A stretch of 64,000 bases of DNA from an uncultured Gemmatimonadales bacterium (GCA_963707505.1 CAVPQB010000004.1:928001-992000); one strand, 5' to 3'. Shown: positions 1 through 10,370, counted from the stretch's first letter. A program made the numbers and translations. Notes: generated by a model from the letters alone, not told the origin.

Positions 1-627
1 CGCCCTGCGCTCGCGGTCGGCCTTGGGGTATTGCAGGATTCCTTCGGCGTTGAACGAGTACGCGGGTTCCGGCGGATGCGCGGCGTTCCGAAGTGACCTG
101 ACGACGTCGGCGAGGTACGAGACCGTGAGCGCGTCGCGGTATGCTCGCGCAACGACGATCGCGCCACGCAACGGACTGTCCACGCTGCCGCTCAGCGCGG
201 TCGAGAGGCGGGCGTTGTGGGTGAGCTCCGGGAGTGGTCCCATGTGCGCGTCGAACGACTGCGGGTCGATTCCCACGACGAGGTTCCGGACGTTCGGTGC
301 TTTCGCGAGCACGTAGCGCGCGACGGCGAGATCGTCCTCGATCGTTGCATTGAAGACGCCGAAGTTGAAGAAGCGCTCGCCCGTCACGGAGGTGAATTCG
401 TCGGTTGGGAGATTCATCGAGCGGCTGGAGCCGATGATCACGCCCGCCGGCGGCTCGTGGGCCAGGGCGGAATCGAAAAGATCGCCCTTTAGCTGACGGG
501 TATTCAGCTGGAGGGCGGGGAAGCGAGTTCCTGAGAACTCCCGGCGAGGGTTGACGACCGCCAGTGCACTGAGCAGAACGCCGGTGAACAGTCCGATCCA
601 TCCCAAAAATGCCCAGAGAAATCTCAT
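1..627 (-). CDS. Partial (runs off window start) membrane-anchored SGNH/DltD-like protein
   Basis: Not in the ORF track. Manual translation from ATG 627 gives MRFLWAFLGWIGLFTGVLLSALAVVNPRR...AGVIIGSSRSMNL...RFFNFGVFNATIED...NLVVGIDPQSF: an N-terminal TM segment plus GSSR, FNFG and VVGID blocks typical of SGNH-like acyl-transfer accessory proteins. Confidence 0.6.
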   Translation of the reverse strand, partial: MRFLWAFLGWIGLFTGVLLSALAVVNPRREFSGTRFPALQLNTRQLKGDLFDSALAHEPPAGVIIGSSRSMNLPTDEFTSVTGERFFNFGVFNATIEDDLAVARYVLAKAPNVRNLVVGIDPQSFDAHMGPLPELTHNARLSTALSGSVDSPLRGAIVVARAYRDALTVSYLADVVRSLRNAAHPPEPAYSFNAEGILQYPKADRERRA

Positions 628-757
628 TCCCCCAAGCTTCGGCAAAAACGGCTGGCGGCTGTAACAGCAATTGCGACAACATCTTACGTCGCTGTTGTGC
701 CGAGGTCGGTCGTGCGGTAACTTTCGGGTTCGTTATCTGGCGGATGAGAGCCGGAAA

Positions 758-831
758 CGGGATGTGGCGCAGCCCGGTAGCGCACCTGAATGGGGTTCAG
801 GGGGTCGCAGGTTCAAATCCTGTCATCCCGA
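758..831 (+). tRNA. tRNA-Pro (anticodon GGG), CCA not encoded
   Basis: CGGGATG/CATCCCG acceptor stem, D-arm GCGCAGCCCGGTAGCGC, anticodon stem CCTGA/TCAGG with loop ATGGGGT, T-loop GTTCAAATC. Confidence 0.96.
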
Positions 832-870
832 TTTACTAAACAATTGAAACGCAAGAAGTTAGAAGCGAAC

Positions 871-906
871 TCAGCCCCATTCATACTCCGATATGAATGG
901 GGCTGA
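871..906. terminator. Hairpin downstream of tRNA-Pro
   Basis: Perfect 15-bp inverted repeat TCAGCCCCATTCATA-ctccga-TATGAATGGGGCTGA; no clear U-tract. Confidence 0.6.
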
Positions 907-1048
907 TGTCACATGGGGATAAGTCCTCACGTTCCGGCCACTGGGGCGCGTTGCAGGCACCTTTCCGAAAGAGACTCGTCGCGTCGAGATCGATGGCGAA
1001 TGGACTCGCGCAGCGCTCCGCCGAGTCCAGTTCGGAAAATCCATAGCG

Positions 1049-1082
1049 CTGTAACAAAGCTGTCAGGCACGCGTGCTATTCT
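1049..1082 (+). promoter_or_regulatory. OmpR/PhoB-type direct-repeat box plus -10 element upstream of the TonB-dependent receptor
   Basis: CTGTAAC-aaag-CTGTCAG, 10 bp, then TATTCT; same geometry at 3674-3707. Confidence 0.6.
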
Positions 1083-1130
1083 GCGGCGTAGTCAGTATCT
1101 GGCTCAGAAACTCGCACCGTCCCACTCATC

Positions 1131-3578
1131 GTGCCTCGATCGAAATTCCGCTATCTGTACGGCTCGTTTGCCGTGCTCTTTCTCCCATTCGCCGGCGTCA
1201 GCGCCCAGTCGTCATTCCCTGCGAGACACATCCATGGCCGTGTCGTGCACGCCGCTTCAGGCGCTGCGATCAGTTCGGCCACCGTTGACCTCACCAACGT
1301 CGCCACCGGTGCTTCCGCTGGCCACGTCGCCAGCGGAGCCGACGGCAGCTTCAACTTTCCTCGCCTTTCGCTCGGGCGATACCGCGTGAAGGTCCGCGCG
1401 CTCGGGTTTGCGTCGAAGACACTGCCGCCCGTCACGCTCAGCGCGGGGCATCCGGACGTTGACGTCGGCGTCGTCGCGCTTACGGCGGTCGCCGTTGCGC
1501 TCCAGGCCCAATCGGTCACGGCGCAACGCGAGGAGGTACAGCTGCAGCCGGATCGGACCACCTACGTCGTGCGCGACATGCCGACGACGAAAGGCGGCAC
1601 CGCGCTCGATGTGCTACGCAACGTGCCCTCGGTCGACGTCGACATCGACAACAACGTAAGCCTCCGCGGCAATTCCGGTGTCGTGATCCAGATCAACGGG
1701 CGGCCGAGCGCACTCAAAGGCTCGCAGCTCGGTAACTTCCTCGAGCAGTTGCCGGCCGACGCGATCGATCACGTCGAGATCATTCCAAACCCGTCGGCGC
1801 GCGAAGACGCGGACGGGGTGGCCGGCATCATCAACATCGTGTTGCGTCAGACGCCCGATTCTGGAACGAATGGCGGAGTGACCGTTGGCGGCGGAACGAC
1901 GGGACACATCGATGCCGGTGTCAACGGTGGTTTGCAGCGCGGGCCGTTCTCGGCCTACGGCAGTTACTCGCTCGTGCGCGACAGCAGACCACGCTACGAC
2001 GACATCTTTCGCCAGAACTTGTTCGAGAGGCCGCTCAGCTATCTGCAGGAAAACGGCACGCGCACGCAGATTCCGCTCGTCCATACCGTCACAGGCAATG
2101 CGACGTATGCGCCAACCGCCCACGACGAGTTTTCCATCGACGGGTTATACAGTCAACGTCGCGAGTGGGAAACGCAGGCCATTGCGTATCAAACGCTCGA
2201 CACGACGTTCGCCGTCACCAATCTCACCGACCGCCATTCTCGCGACGTCAATCACGAGGGCAGCGCTGACGCAGCGCTGAACTACAAGCACGGGTTTGCG
2301 GCCAAGGGGCACACGCTCACGAGCGAGCTTCGGTTCGAAGAGCATTTCGAGGGCGGCCCCACGGACATTCTCGACCAGGCGCTGTGGCCAGCGAGTGCGC
2401 CGGCGGCGACGATTTTGCAGCAGACGCGCACGGTGTGGACCCACTCGAGCACCACGTCCTTCAAGGTTGATTACGTACGCCCCTTGAATGGGGTCTTGCG
2501 CGTCGAGACCGGTTACAAGGGCTCCCTTGAGCGCATTCGCACCACGCAACAGGTACAGAACTACGACGCCGCGCTTGCGGCGATGCTCACCGATACCACG
2601 CAGACCAGCGATTTTGCTTACGATGCGCTGGTGCAGGATGCCTATGGCGTTCTTGATGGACATATCGGGCGCATGCAGTTTCAAGCCGGTGTCCGCGCCG
2701 AGCACGCAGGCACGACGTTCGATCTGCGCACGCGTGACCAGCGATTCAGCAATCCATACAACAGCCTGTTCCCGAGCGGACTCGTCTCGTTCGCCCTCGA
2801 CGATGCGGATCGACTCAAGGTGTCGTACTCGACACGGATCAGACGGCCCGACGATCCCGATCTGCTCGATCCGACACCGCACGCGCTCGACGCGCTCAAC
2901 ATCTCAATCGGCAATCCGCATCTCCGGCCGGAATACATTCGCGCCTTCGAGCTCGGCTACCAACGGATCGGCGACCGGGTAACCGTGCAGGTCACACCGT
3001 TCTACCGGCACTCGTTCGATGCGGTGACCAACATTCGCACGGTCGACACGACTGGCGTCACCACGCAAACCCGGGCCAACATCGGCACGACGGACTCTTA
3101 CGGCACCGACGCCACCGTGGCGCTCGGGAGCGGTGGGCGATTGAGCGGATTCGTTGGCGGGTCGGCGTATCACCAGAAGAGCAACGCCGGCAATCTCGAC
3201 CCGCTCCTCTCCGCGAGCACGTTCGGTTGGAGCGTGCGTACGAACGCCGCGTTGCGCGTGTCGCGCGCCATCGATGCGCAGGCCCTCGTGACGTACTCCG
3301 GACGGACGACGGTCGTGCAAGGTTGGAACGCCGCCCGCACGCGCGTGAGCTTCGGCTTCCGCGACAAGTTGATGGCGGATCGTCTGAGCATCACCACGCG
3401 CATCATCGACCCGTTCAGCACCTCGCGCGAGCGTTCAGCCACGCTCGATCCAGCGTTCACGCAGATCAACAGCCGGTTGCGTCCAAGCCGCGCCGTCCAG
3501 GTGAGCGCCACGTGGATGTTCGGCCGACAAAACAGGAAGGAAGACGACCAGATCGACCTGTCGCCCAGCGGTACCTAG
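1131..3578 (+). CDS. TonB-dependent receptor / outer-membrane beta-barrel with N-terminal carboxypeptidase-regulatory-like domain
   Basis: 815 aa; signal peptide; plug motifs ALDVLRNVPSV and IDHVEIIPNPSA...GIINIVL; GNPHLRPE in the barrel. Confidence 0.9.
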   Translation: MPRSKFRYLYGSFAVLFLPFAGVSAQSSFPARHIHGRVVHAASGAAISSATVDLTNVATGASAGHVASGADGSFNFPRLSLGRYRVKVRALGFASKTLPPVTLSAGHPDVDVGVVALTAVAVALQAQSVTAQREEVQLQPDRTTYVVRDMPTTKGGTALDVLRNVPSVDVDIDNNVSLRGNSGVVIQINGRPSALKGSQLGNFLEQLPADAIDHVEIIPNPSAREDADGVAGIINIVLRQTPDSGTNGGVTVGGGTTGHIDAGVNGGLQRGPFSAYGSYSLVRDSRPRYDDIFRQNLFERPLSYLQENGTRTQIPLVHTVTGNATYAPTAHDEFSIDGLYSQRREWETQAIAYQTLDTTFAVTNLTDRHSRDVNHEGSADAALNYKHGFAAKGHTLTSELRFEEHFEGGPTDILDQALWPASAPAATILQQTRTVWTHSSTTSFKVDYVRPLNGVLRVETGYKGSLERIRTTQQVQNYDAALAAMLTDTTQTSDFAYDALVQDAYGVLDGHIGRMQFQAGVRAEHAGTTFDLRTRDQRFSNPYNSLFPSGLVSFALDDADRLKVSYSTRIRRPDDPDLLDPTPHALDALNISIGNPHLRPEYIRAFELGYQRIGDRVTVQVTPFYRHSFDAVTNIRTVDTTGVTTQTRANIGTTDSYGTDATVALGSGGRLSGFVGGSAYHQKSNAGNLDPLLSASTFGWSVRTNAALRVSRAIDAQALVTYSGRTTVVQGWNAARTRVSFGFRDKLMADRLSITTRIIDPFSTSRERSATLDPAFTQINSRLRPSRAVQVSATWMFGRQNRKEDDQIDLSPSGT

Positions 3579-3673
3579 TGCCGCGTGTGACGAGCGTATG
3601 CTCTAGATGGTATGCTCTAACGATGGGTGGCACCGCCGCTCAAAGTGCCCCGGGTGGCGCAATCACCGTGTGG

Positions 3674-3707
3674 CTGTAACCCTTCTGTCAGATTGGGGCG
3701 CTAGTTT
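3674..3707 (+). promoter_or_regulatory. OmpR/PhoB-type direct-repeat box plus -10 element upstream of the YncE-like gene
   Basis: CTGTAAC-cctt-CTGTCAG, 10 bp, then TAGTTT. Confidence 0.6.
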
Positions 3708-3738
3708 TATCGCATCATCGACCTTTTCCGGGACTCCC

Positions 3739-4680
3739 ATGTTCAGCATTCGCTCGCTCGTCGCCGCTTTTGCGACCGTCTCCTGCGTCAGCACCGTTGC
3801 TATCGCGCAGACGTCCCACTATCACGTCGTGAAGACGATCGACATCGGCGCTGCGCGCGCCGACTACATCATCATCGATCCCGTCGGCCGCCGGCTCTAC
3901 GGCCTCGGCGACAAGGTGATCGACGTCGATAACGACTCGATCGTCGGGACGGTGGAAGGAGGCGGTGGCGGCTACGCGATCGACCACGAGGACAACCGCG
4001 GCCTGGTTCGCAATGGCACACTCTTCGATCTCAAGACCCTCGCAGTCACCGGCCACCTGGACATCAAGGGCGACGGAAGCCGCTACGATCCCGTCACGCA
4101 CCGGGCGTTCGTCTGGGAGGACAAGGATGGTTGGGTGGTCGACATGCGCACTGGCACGCTGGTGTCGAAGACGATGATCGGGGACGGCCTCGAGTCAGCC
4201 GCGGCAGACGGGCATGGGAAGCTCTATGCCGCGATCGAGGCCAAGGGCGGCCTCGAGCAGTTCGATACGCGAACACTGAAAGTCGAAAAGACGTGGGACG
4301 TTTCCGGTTGCGGCCGCGCGCAGGGCCTGACGATGGACACACAGACGCGTCGCATCTTCATGGCATGTGACACAGATGTCGTCGTGCTGAACGCCGACAA
4401 CGGAAGCGTCGTGTCTCGCATCCGCGTCCCGAGCCGCGCCGATATGAACTGTTTCGACCCGACGACCAAGCTGGTGTTCAATCCCAATCGTGCCGATAGC
4501 ACATTGTCGGTGATCCACGAGGATTCACCGTCCAAGTTCACCGTCGTCGAGAAGGTGCCGGAGGGCGGCGCGGCGCGTACCTGTGCGGTCGATGAGAAAA
4601 CGCACAAGGTGTACGTGTTCTACTACGAAGGAAATCCGCGGCAGGGCGGCAAGTTGCTCGCGTCTGTCCTCGCGCCCTGA
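3739..4680 (+). CDS. Secreted YncE/YVTN-like beta-propeller protein
   Basis: Likely start MFSIRS at 3739; signal peptide; YHVVKTI...DYIIIDP, GLTMD...RIFMAC, ARTCAVDEKTHKVY repeat motifs. Confidence 0.8.
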   Translation: MFSIRSLVAAFATVSCVSTVAIAQTSHYHVVKTIDIGAARADYIIIDPVGRRLYGLGDKVIDVDNDSIVGTVEGGGGGYAIDHEDNRGLVRNGTLFDLKTLAVTGHLDIKGDGSRYDPVTHRAFVWEDKDGWVVDMRTGTLVSKTMIGDGLESAAADGHGKLYAAIEAKGGLEQFDTRTLKVEKTWDVSGCGRAQGLTMDTQTRRIFMACDTDVVVLNADNGSVVSRIRVPSRADMNCFDPTTKLVFNPNRADSTLSVIHEDSPSKFTVVEKVPEGGAARTCAVDEKTHKVYVFYYEGNPRQGGKLLASVLAP

Positions 4681-4689
4681 CGCATCGCC

Positions 4690-4860
4690 GCTGCCGGCCT
4701 CGGCCGGGAGTGGGTCGCGCTCCGATCGAAGCGGTTTACGAGCGTGCAGCGAGCGTCGGATGCACGCTCGCTTACTGGCGAACGCAGGAGACCAATCTCA
4801 CGGCGATGAAGTTGTATGATGGAGTCGCCGAGCGATCAGGGTTTGTCGTTTACAGTGATG
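4690..4860 (+). pseudogene. C-terminal remnant of a GNAT acetyltransferase
   Basis: GVGRAPIEAVYERA...AYWRTQETNLTAMKLYDGVAERSGFVVY matches the GNAT acetyl-CoA-binding motif and C-terminus; no N-terminal half. Confidence 0.55.
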
Positions 4861-4907
4861 TGCGTGCTAGCCGTGTGTCAAACCATCAACGACGAGGACA
4901 AAGGCTG

Positions 4908-5531
4908 ATGAAACCTTACATCTCCGCCGCAGCGATCGCGGCTTTGCTCGTGGTCACCATTGCGCCAGTGACTGAGGCACAACAGGCTCCGCCGGCCGCG
5001 GAAGTTGGCGCATCGCTGCTCGCGATCCCGAATCTGCGCGCGAAATCCGCCGCGAAGCTGACTGTGAGCACTCCCGCGTTTGCACCAGGCGGCGACATAC
5101 CATTCGAGAATACATCGTACCGCGGAAATGTCTTCCCGGGGCTCAAGTGGTCCGCTGGTCCGGCCGGGACCAAGTCTTACGCGGTGATAATGCAGGACGG
5201 CGATGCAATGTCGCGCGGTGCTCCGATTCTGCACTGGACGATGGTGAACATCCCGTCGACGATGACGGAGCTCGATGCAGCCATGAGCGAGCCGCCGGCC
5301 GGCGCGCAATACGGACCCAATATCCGTGGGGCAGCGCATGCATACATGGGCCCGCACACGCCTCCCGGACCGAAGCATCGCTACCACCTGCAGGTCTTCG
5401 CGCTCGACACGTCGCTTCCGGCTGAGTCGCTCGCGACCTACGCCGATCTTACCGCAGCGATGAAGGACCACGTGCTCGCGAGCGGCGAAGTCATCGGTCT
5501 CGGTCAGGCGCCCGCGACCACCACGCCGTAA
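4908..5531 (+). CDS. YbhB/YbcL family PEBP (Raf kinase inhibitor-like) secreted protein
   Basis: GAGGA RBS then ATG 4908; signal peptide; SYAVIMQD, HW, YMGPHTPPG.KHRYHLQVFALD motifs. Confidence 0.88.
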   Translation: MKPYISAAAIAALLVVTIAPVTEAQQAPPAAEVGASLLAIPNLRAKSAAKLTVSTPAFAPGGDIPFENTSYRGNVFPGLKWSAGPAGTKSYAVIMQDGDAMSRGAPILHWTMVNIPSTMTELDAAMSEPPAGAQYGPNIRGAAHAYMGPHTPPGPKHRYHLQVFALDTSLPAESLATYADLTAAMKDHVLASGEVIGLGQAPATTTP

Positions 5532-5591
5532 GCTTCACGCCATCCACTACCCACAGGAGTAGCGGAAACGTTCGCACCGTGAGCCCTGCGT

Positions 5592-5894
5592 TCATGTGGA
5601 ATTTGCTGCGCCGGGCAGCTTCTTCTGAGTCGCCACGGGGTCCGCTGGTGAGAGCATTTTCGTCATGAAACGCTGGCTCTCGGCGATCCGCTCGACTTCG
5701 ACAGCAATCGCGTCGATCGAGCGCTCCATCCGTTCCATGCGCTCGGCGTCCGTTGGATTCAGGAGGGGAGCAGCCGGTCGCTTGGGCGCAGCAATGCGCC
5801 GCACCAGCGCGTTTCCAAGAGGCAGAATGGTTCCAAGCGCGATCACCGCGACGACCGACGTGGTGATCAATCCCTCGATTTCATGCGGCGACAT
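5592..5894 (-). CDS. Small single-TM coiled-coil hypothetical protein
   Basis: TM helix followed by ERMERSIDAIAVEVERIAESQRFMTKML. Confidence 0.7.
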   Translation of the reverse strand: MSPHEIEGLITTSVVAVIALGTILPLGNALVRRIAAPKRPAAPLLNPTDAERMERMERSIDAIAVEVERIAESQRFMTKMLSPADPVATQKKLPGAANST

Positions 5895-6245
5895 GTGCGT
5901 CCCCGGGCTGGTGCCCTTCATCAGAATGTTTCATGTTAGTCACTGTCGCGAGCGCGTCGGTTGTGTATGTTAGAACAGTTGTTCGAAATGTAATGCCAAC
6001 ACCGACTTCGCTCAGGCAGATAAGCGTGTGGGTATCAGCCCGCCAGTTGCGTTTCGGGTCGGTGATGTGTCGATAAAATGACACGTCATACACGAATGCG
6101 CCTCGCCGATTCCGCCGGCAGTTACCGAAAGTGAAGGTGACCTTAAGATGATGACGAACGACCGCGGTACAATCCAGTACGGCTCTGCGACAACCTGCAG
6201 CGCCGCCCTCGTGTTTTTGGTGCCTTCGCGGTTTCGGTCGTGATC

Positions 6246-8690
6246 ATGCCCCACGCATCGCCCGCTTTACTCCAGACCGTCCTTCTTGACAGTCCCGGGC
6301 ACTCGGTACGTCTTACCGGAGCGCCTGCGCTGGCACTGATCCTCGCAGTGGTTGCCGTCGTCGCAGCCTTCGTCATCCGATTCATCAGGCTTCGTCGCCA
6401 CGCCAGAGTCGCGACGAAGGCCAGAGGCGCGGCCGAGGCGGAGCTCCAGACGTTATTTGCGGCGATGCAGGACGTCGTGTTCGTCGTCGATAGAGACGGA
6501 AAATACACACGCGTTCCATACACGAACGCGAACGTCCTCTACCGGCCCGCTCCCGATGTCGTCGGGCGCAATGTGAGCGATGTGCTTCCCGCGGACGCAG
6601 CGAAAGTCATCTCCAACGTCTCGGCACAGGTTGTCGATACACAGCGAACGATTCAGACCGAATTCAGGATCCAGCCGGAGGGCAGGGTAGTCTGGTTCGC
6701 GGCAACTGCGTCGCCATTCGATGGACGCGCCGTGTTGTGGGTTACGCGCGACATCACGGAAACAAAGGTCGCACGCGATGCTCTTGCGCACAGCGAGCGT
6801 CGGTATCGTCTGCTGTTCGACCGCAATCCCTGCGCGATGTGGGTGTACGATTACGACACGAGACAGATCACGGAAGCGAATGACGCCGCCGTGGCGCAGT
6901 ACGGCTACGGTCGAGACGAATTCGCACGGATGAAGCTGGAAGATCTGCGCGCTTCCCACGATGTCGCGCGGTTGTCACGCCTTCTCGCCGAGATGCCGGC
7001 CGATGAGCCGCGCGTTCACACCGTGAAGCACAGGAAGAAGGACGGCAGCATAATCGACGTCGAAGCGCGTGGGCATCCGCTCGGCATCCCGGGAAGACAT
7101 CTCCGGCTCGTGGTCATCACCGACGTTACCGAGCGTCTGGCCGCCGAGAGGGTCGTGCTCGAGGCGGAAGAGCGCGCAATGGCAACCAGCCTGATGCTGC
7201 AGACACTGATCGATGCTGCTCCGCAGGCGATGATCGTGCTGGACGCAGAATGGAATGTCACGCGCTGGAACGACGCTGCGGAGGTTCTGTTCGGATGGAC
7301 TGCCAGCGAAATTATCGGTGGCCCGTTGCCGTTCATTCCCGCTGACCAGCGTGATGACGTCGAGGCATGGCGCAGAACGCTGGAACACGGCGGCACTGAA
7401 AAGCCGACAGAAGCAGTCCGAATACGGAAGGATGGCCGGCACGTCGACGTCATGCTGGCGATCGCGCCGCTGTTGGATGCTGAAGGACGCCCCGCCGCAT
7501 TCATCGCCGTGTACATGGACATCACCGAGCGCAAACAGCTCGGGGAGCAGCTCCGGCAGTCGCAGAAGATGGAGGCGATCGGCACGCTTGCTGGCGGAGT
7601 GGCACACGACTTCAACAACATCCTCACGGTCATCTCGTCGTACGCTGCAATGTTGATATCGGACGATCGGTATCCCGACATTCGCGCCGACATGGAGGAG
7701 ATAAGCAGCGCAGCACGACGCGCAACCGGTCTCACGCGCCAGCTGCTCACGTTCAGCAGGAAGGCGATCGTTCAGTTGCAGACCGTTGACATCAACGGCA
7801 TCGTCGAGGAGATGCAGCCGATGCTCCGGCGTCTGCTGATGGAACACATAGAGCTGGTCGTCAAGCCAAGCGGTGTCGCGAGCAGTGTGACAGCGGATGT
7901 GAGTCAACTGGAGCAGATACTGCTCAATCTCACGGTCAATGCTGCCGACGCCATGCCGGAAGGCGGAAGCCTCGTGATCGAGACACATAACGTGTGGCTG
8001 GACGATGCCTATGCGGAGATGCATACCAACGTCGCTCCAGGTCCGTACGTGCTGCTTGCAGTAACAGACTCCGGCATAGGAATGGACACCGACACCATTC
8101 GCAAGATTTTCGAGCCCTTCTTCACCACCAAGGAGATCGGTCGCGGCACCGGCCTCGGCCTTGCCACGGTCTACGCAATCGTCAAGCAGCTGGGCGGCCA
8201 CATCTGGGTGTACAGTGAGCCGCAGCAAGGCGCCACGTTCAAGATTTATCTCCCGCGCGACATGTCGTCGGCGCCGGCGGAAGCCGCGCCCGTGCAACAG
8301 TTGCATCCGACCGCAACCGGTACCGTTCTTCTCGTCGAGGATGACAGCGCGGTCCGGCGTGCGGCGCGACGGATGCTCGAAAAGGTAGGGTTCAGCGTCA
8401 TCGAAGCGCAGGACGGCGAGGAGGGGCTGTCGGTCGCGTCGGGCTACGACGGCGAGATCACTGTCGTGGTGACGGATCTGATGATGCCGAGGATGAACGG
8501 CGGGGATTTCGCCCGAGCGCTGGCAGCGACCAGGCCCGGATCGCGGATCGTATTCACATCGGGTTATACGGATGACGCAGTCCTGCGTAAGCGGCTTGTG
8601 ACATCCACCCACTCCTTCGTACAGAAGCCGTTCACCGGTGACCAACTCGTTCGGACCATAACATCCGTACTCGCGGAGCCTGCATCCTGA
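6246..8690 (+). CDS. Multi-PAS hybrid sensor histidine kinase/response regulator
   Basis: One TM, three PAS-like domains, H-box [21 protein letters not shown]...GTGLGL, C-terminal receiver (LLVEDD, TDLMMP). Confidence 0.93.
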   Translation: MPHASPALLQTVLLDSPGHSVRLTGAPALALILAVVAVVAAFVIRFIRLRRHARVATKARGAAEAELQTLFAAMQDVVFVVDRDGKYTRVPYTNANVLYRPAPDVVGRNVSDVLPADAAKVISNVSAQVVDTQRTIQTEFRIQPEGRVVWFAATASPFDGRAVLWVTRDITETKVARDALAHSERRYRLLFDRNPCAMWVYDYDTRQITEANDAAVAQYGYGRDEFARMKLEDLRASHDVARLSRLLAEMPADEPRVHTVKHRKKDGSIIDVEARGHPLGIPGRHLRLVVITDVTERLAAERVVLEAEERAMATSLMLQTLIDAAPQAMIVLDAEWNVTRWNDAAEVLFGWTASEIIGGPLPFIPADQRDDVEAWRRTLEHGGTEKPTEAVRIRKDGRHVDVMLAIAPLLDAEGRPAAFIAVYMDITERKQLGEQLRQSQKMEAIGTLAGGVAHDFNNILTVISSYAAMLISDDRYPDIRADMEEISSAARRATGLTRQLLTFSRKAIVQLQTVDINGIVEEMQPMLRRLLMEHIELVVKPSGVASSVTADVSQLEQILLNLTVNAADAMPEGGSLVIETHNVWLDDAYAEMHTNVAPGPYVLLAVTDSGIGMDTDTIRKIFEPFFTTKEIGRGTGLGLATVYAIVKQLGGHIWVYSEPQQGATFKIYLPRDMSSAPAEAAPVQQLHPTATGTVLLVEDDSAVRRAARRMLEKVGFSVIEAQDGEEGLSVASGYDGEITVVVTDLMMPRMNGGDFARALAATRPGSRIVFTSGYTDDAVLRKRLVTSTHSFVQKPFTGDQLVRTITSVLAEPAS

Positions 8691-8711
8691 GGAGGCAGCT
8701 GGACCAGAGTA

Positions 8712-8737
8712 GTTAACGTAGTCGCGAAGTCTCCGTC
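8712..8737 (+). promoter_or_regulatory. Putative ECF-sigma promoter
   Basis: GTTAAC-N16-CGTC; same geometry at 29630-29657. Confidence 0.4.
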
Positions 8738-8796
8738 ACACTGGATGCGTGCGCTCAGGCCGCGCTGGCAGTGCCCTTCTCACGGAGACTCAGGTA

Positions 8797-9066
8797 ATGA
8801 TCCGCATGACGTCACTGATACATGGCGTTCCACTCGCAGCCGCGATGCTTGTCTCGGCTGGCTTCACGATGGCATGCTCGCCAACACGCAACGTTTACGA
8901 TTCGTCGTACCACGACAGCCATCGTTGGGACAGACGTGAGGATGTGGCGTACCGGCAGTGGGAGGCGGAGCAGCATCTTCGTCACCTCGCCTACGAACAG
9001 CGCCAAATCGACGAACAGCGGGCATACTGGGCGTGGCGTCACGCGCATCCGGATGATCGCGATTAG
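8797..9066 (+). CDS. Small secreted/lipoprotein-like hypothetical protein
   Basis: Hydrophobic leader ending MAC; HRWDRREDVAYRQW...YWAWRHAHPD. Start uncertain (8797 or 8806). Confidence 0.65.
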   Translation: MIRMTSLIHGVPLAAAMLVSAGFTMACSPTRNVYDSSYHDSHRWDRREDVAYRQWEAEQHLRHLAYEQRQIDEQRAYWAWRHAHPDDRD

Positions 9067-9101
9067 CGAGGCCGGAGCCAGCCGGCAACCGATTAGGATA
9101 T

Positions 9102-9488
9102 GTGAGTATGGGAACTGCCACGAATCGCGACGAAACGAATCCAGGCGGCCGCCCCGCGGTCCGCGGCGTGAGTACCGACGGAAAGACGCGCTGCGCACAC
9201 TATCACAGCGAAGTTGACATAGTAGCGATCAAGTTCCATTGCTGCTCCGAGTATTACGCCTGCAAGGACTGCCATGATGCGCTGGCCGACCACGGGCAGG
9301 TGCCGTGGCCGCGCGAGTCTTTCGAAACGCGCGCGGTCATGTGCGGTGCGTGCGGCGTCGAGCTGACCATCAACATGTATCTTGGGTGTGAAAGCCGCTG
9401 TCCTGCCTGCGGGTCGGCATTCAATCCCGCATGCAGCAGGCACCATCATTTCTATTTTGCGGTTCCTGAAGCAGCCGGGGCAGCCTAG
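9102..9488 (+). CDS. CHY zinc-finger protein
   Basis: RCAHYH, KFHCC..YYACKDCH, CGAC, CPAC...FNPACSRH. Confidence 0.88.
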   Translation: MSMGTATNRDETNPGGRPAVRGVSTDGKTRCAHYHSEVDIVAIKFHCCSEYYACKDCHDALADHGQVPWPRESFETRAVMCGACGVELTINMYLGCESRCPACGSAFNPACSRHHHFYFAVPEAAGAA

Positions 9489-9593
9489 CAGGCCCCCCTG
9501 GCGAAATGGAGTCCGATCACTTAACATACTCATGAGTTTATTACCGGCCGGTGCGCTCTGCGTCGGCTTTTCTTGCCAGGACGCTGAACGTAA

Positions 9594-10268
9594 ATGGCCG
9601 CCACAAAATCGTTGCGATGGGAACGCCGTCCCGACAGCAGACCGCAGGAGCTGCTCGACGCCGCAATCGTCGTGTTCGCAGACCGCGGCTACCGCAATAC
9701 GCGCATCGACGACGTCGCGGAAGCGGCCGGGGTCACGAAGGGCGCTGTATACCACTACTTCGCAACGAAGGAAGATCTGTTGCTTCGCGCGATCGAGCAC
9801 TATCATGACCGCGCGTTCGGACAGATCGACCAGGTGCTGCGTCATGCGCGCGGCCCTGCATCTGCCCGCATACGGCTGATGATGCGCAAGGCGTTCGGGG
9901 GAGCCGATCCCACGGGGCGGAAGATGACACTTGCGCTGATCCTGCAGGGTGCCCGGCACGATCTACCGGAAGCGCACCGACAGTGGCTACGTGGCGGACC
10001 GATCAAGGGCTGGCGTCTGCTCGCCTCGCTGATCGAGGAGGGAAAGCGCGCCGGCGAATTCCGCGCCGACGCCGACGCGGAGGTCGCCGCGCGCGTGACG
10101 ATCTCCGGTCTCATCACTCAGATCATCTGGCAACCGCTCGCGGTAGATGTACCGGCGCTGTTGATCGACGATGACAGGCTCATCGATTCGGCTGTGGAGT
10201 TGCTGCTGCACAGCCTGTGGCCCGCCATGGTCGTCAACACGACAGACACTAAACGACAACTGACTTGA
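9594..10268 (+). CDS. TetR/AcrR family transcriptional regulator
   Basis: HTH TRIDDVAEAAGVTKGAVYHYFATKEDL. Confidence 0.93.
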   Translation: MAATKSLRWERRPDSRPQELLDAAIVVFADRGYRNTRIDDVAEAAGVTKGAVYHYFATKEDLLLRAIEHYHDRAFGQIDQVLRHARGPASARIRLMMRKAFGGADPTGRKMTLALILQGARHDLPEAHRQWLRGGPIKGWRLLASLIEEGKRAGEFRADADAEVAARVTISGLITQIIWQPLAVDVPALLIDDDRLIDSAVELLLHSLWPAMVVNTTDTKRQLT

Positions 10269-10320
10269 GCAGCGCATTCCGCGACGGCGTGAGCCGCGCC
10301 ATCGCTTCGTTTTGCCTAGT

Positions 10321-10340
10321 TGCATACCCGCAAGTATGTA
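10321..10340. promoter_or_regulatory. Probable TetR/AcrR operator upstream of the MFS pump
   Basis: Inverted repeat TGCATAC-ccgcaa-GTATGTA; related site AACATAC-tcatga-GTTTATT at 9523-9542 upstream of tetR. Confidence 0.5.
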
Positions 10341-10370
10341 TCGATCGGAGCTTCCATCCGGCGCCGATCC

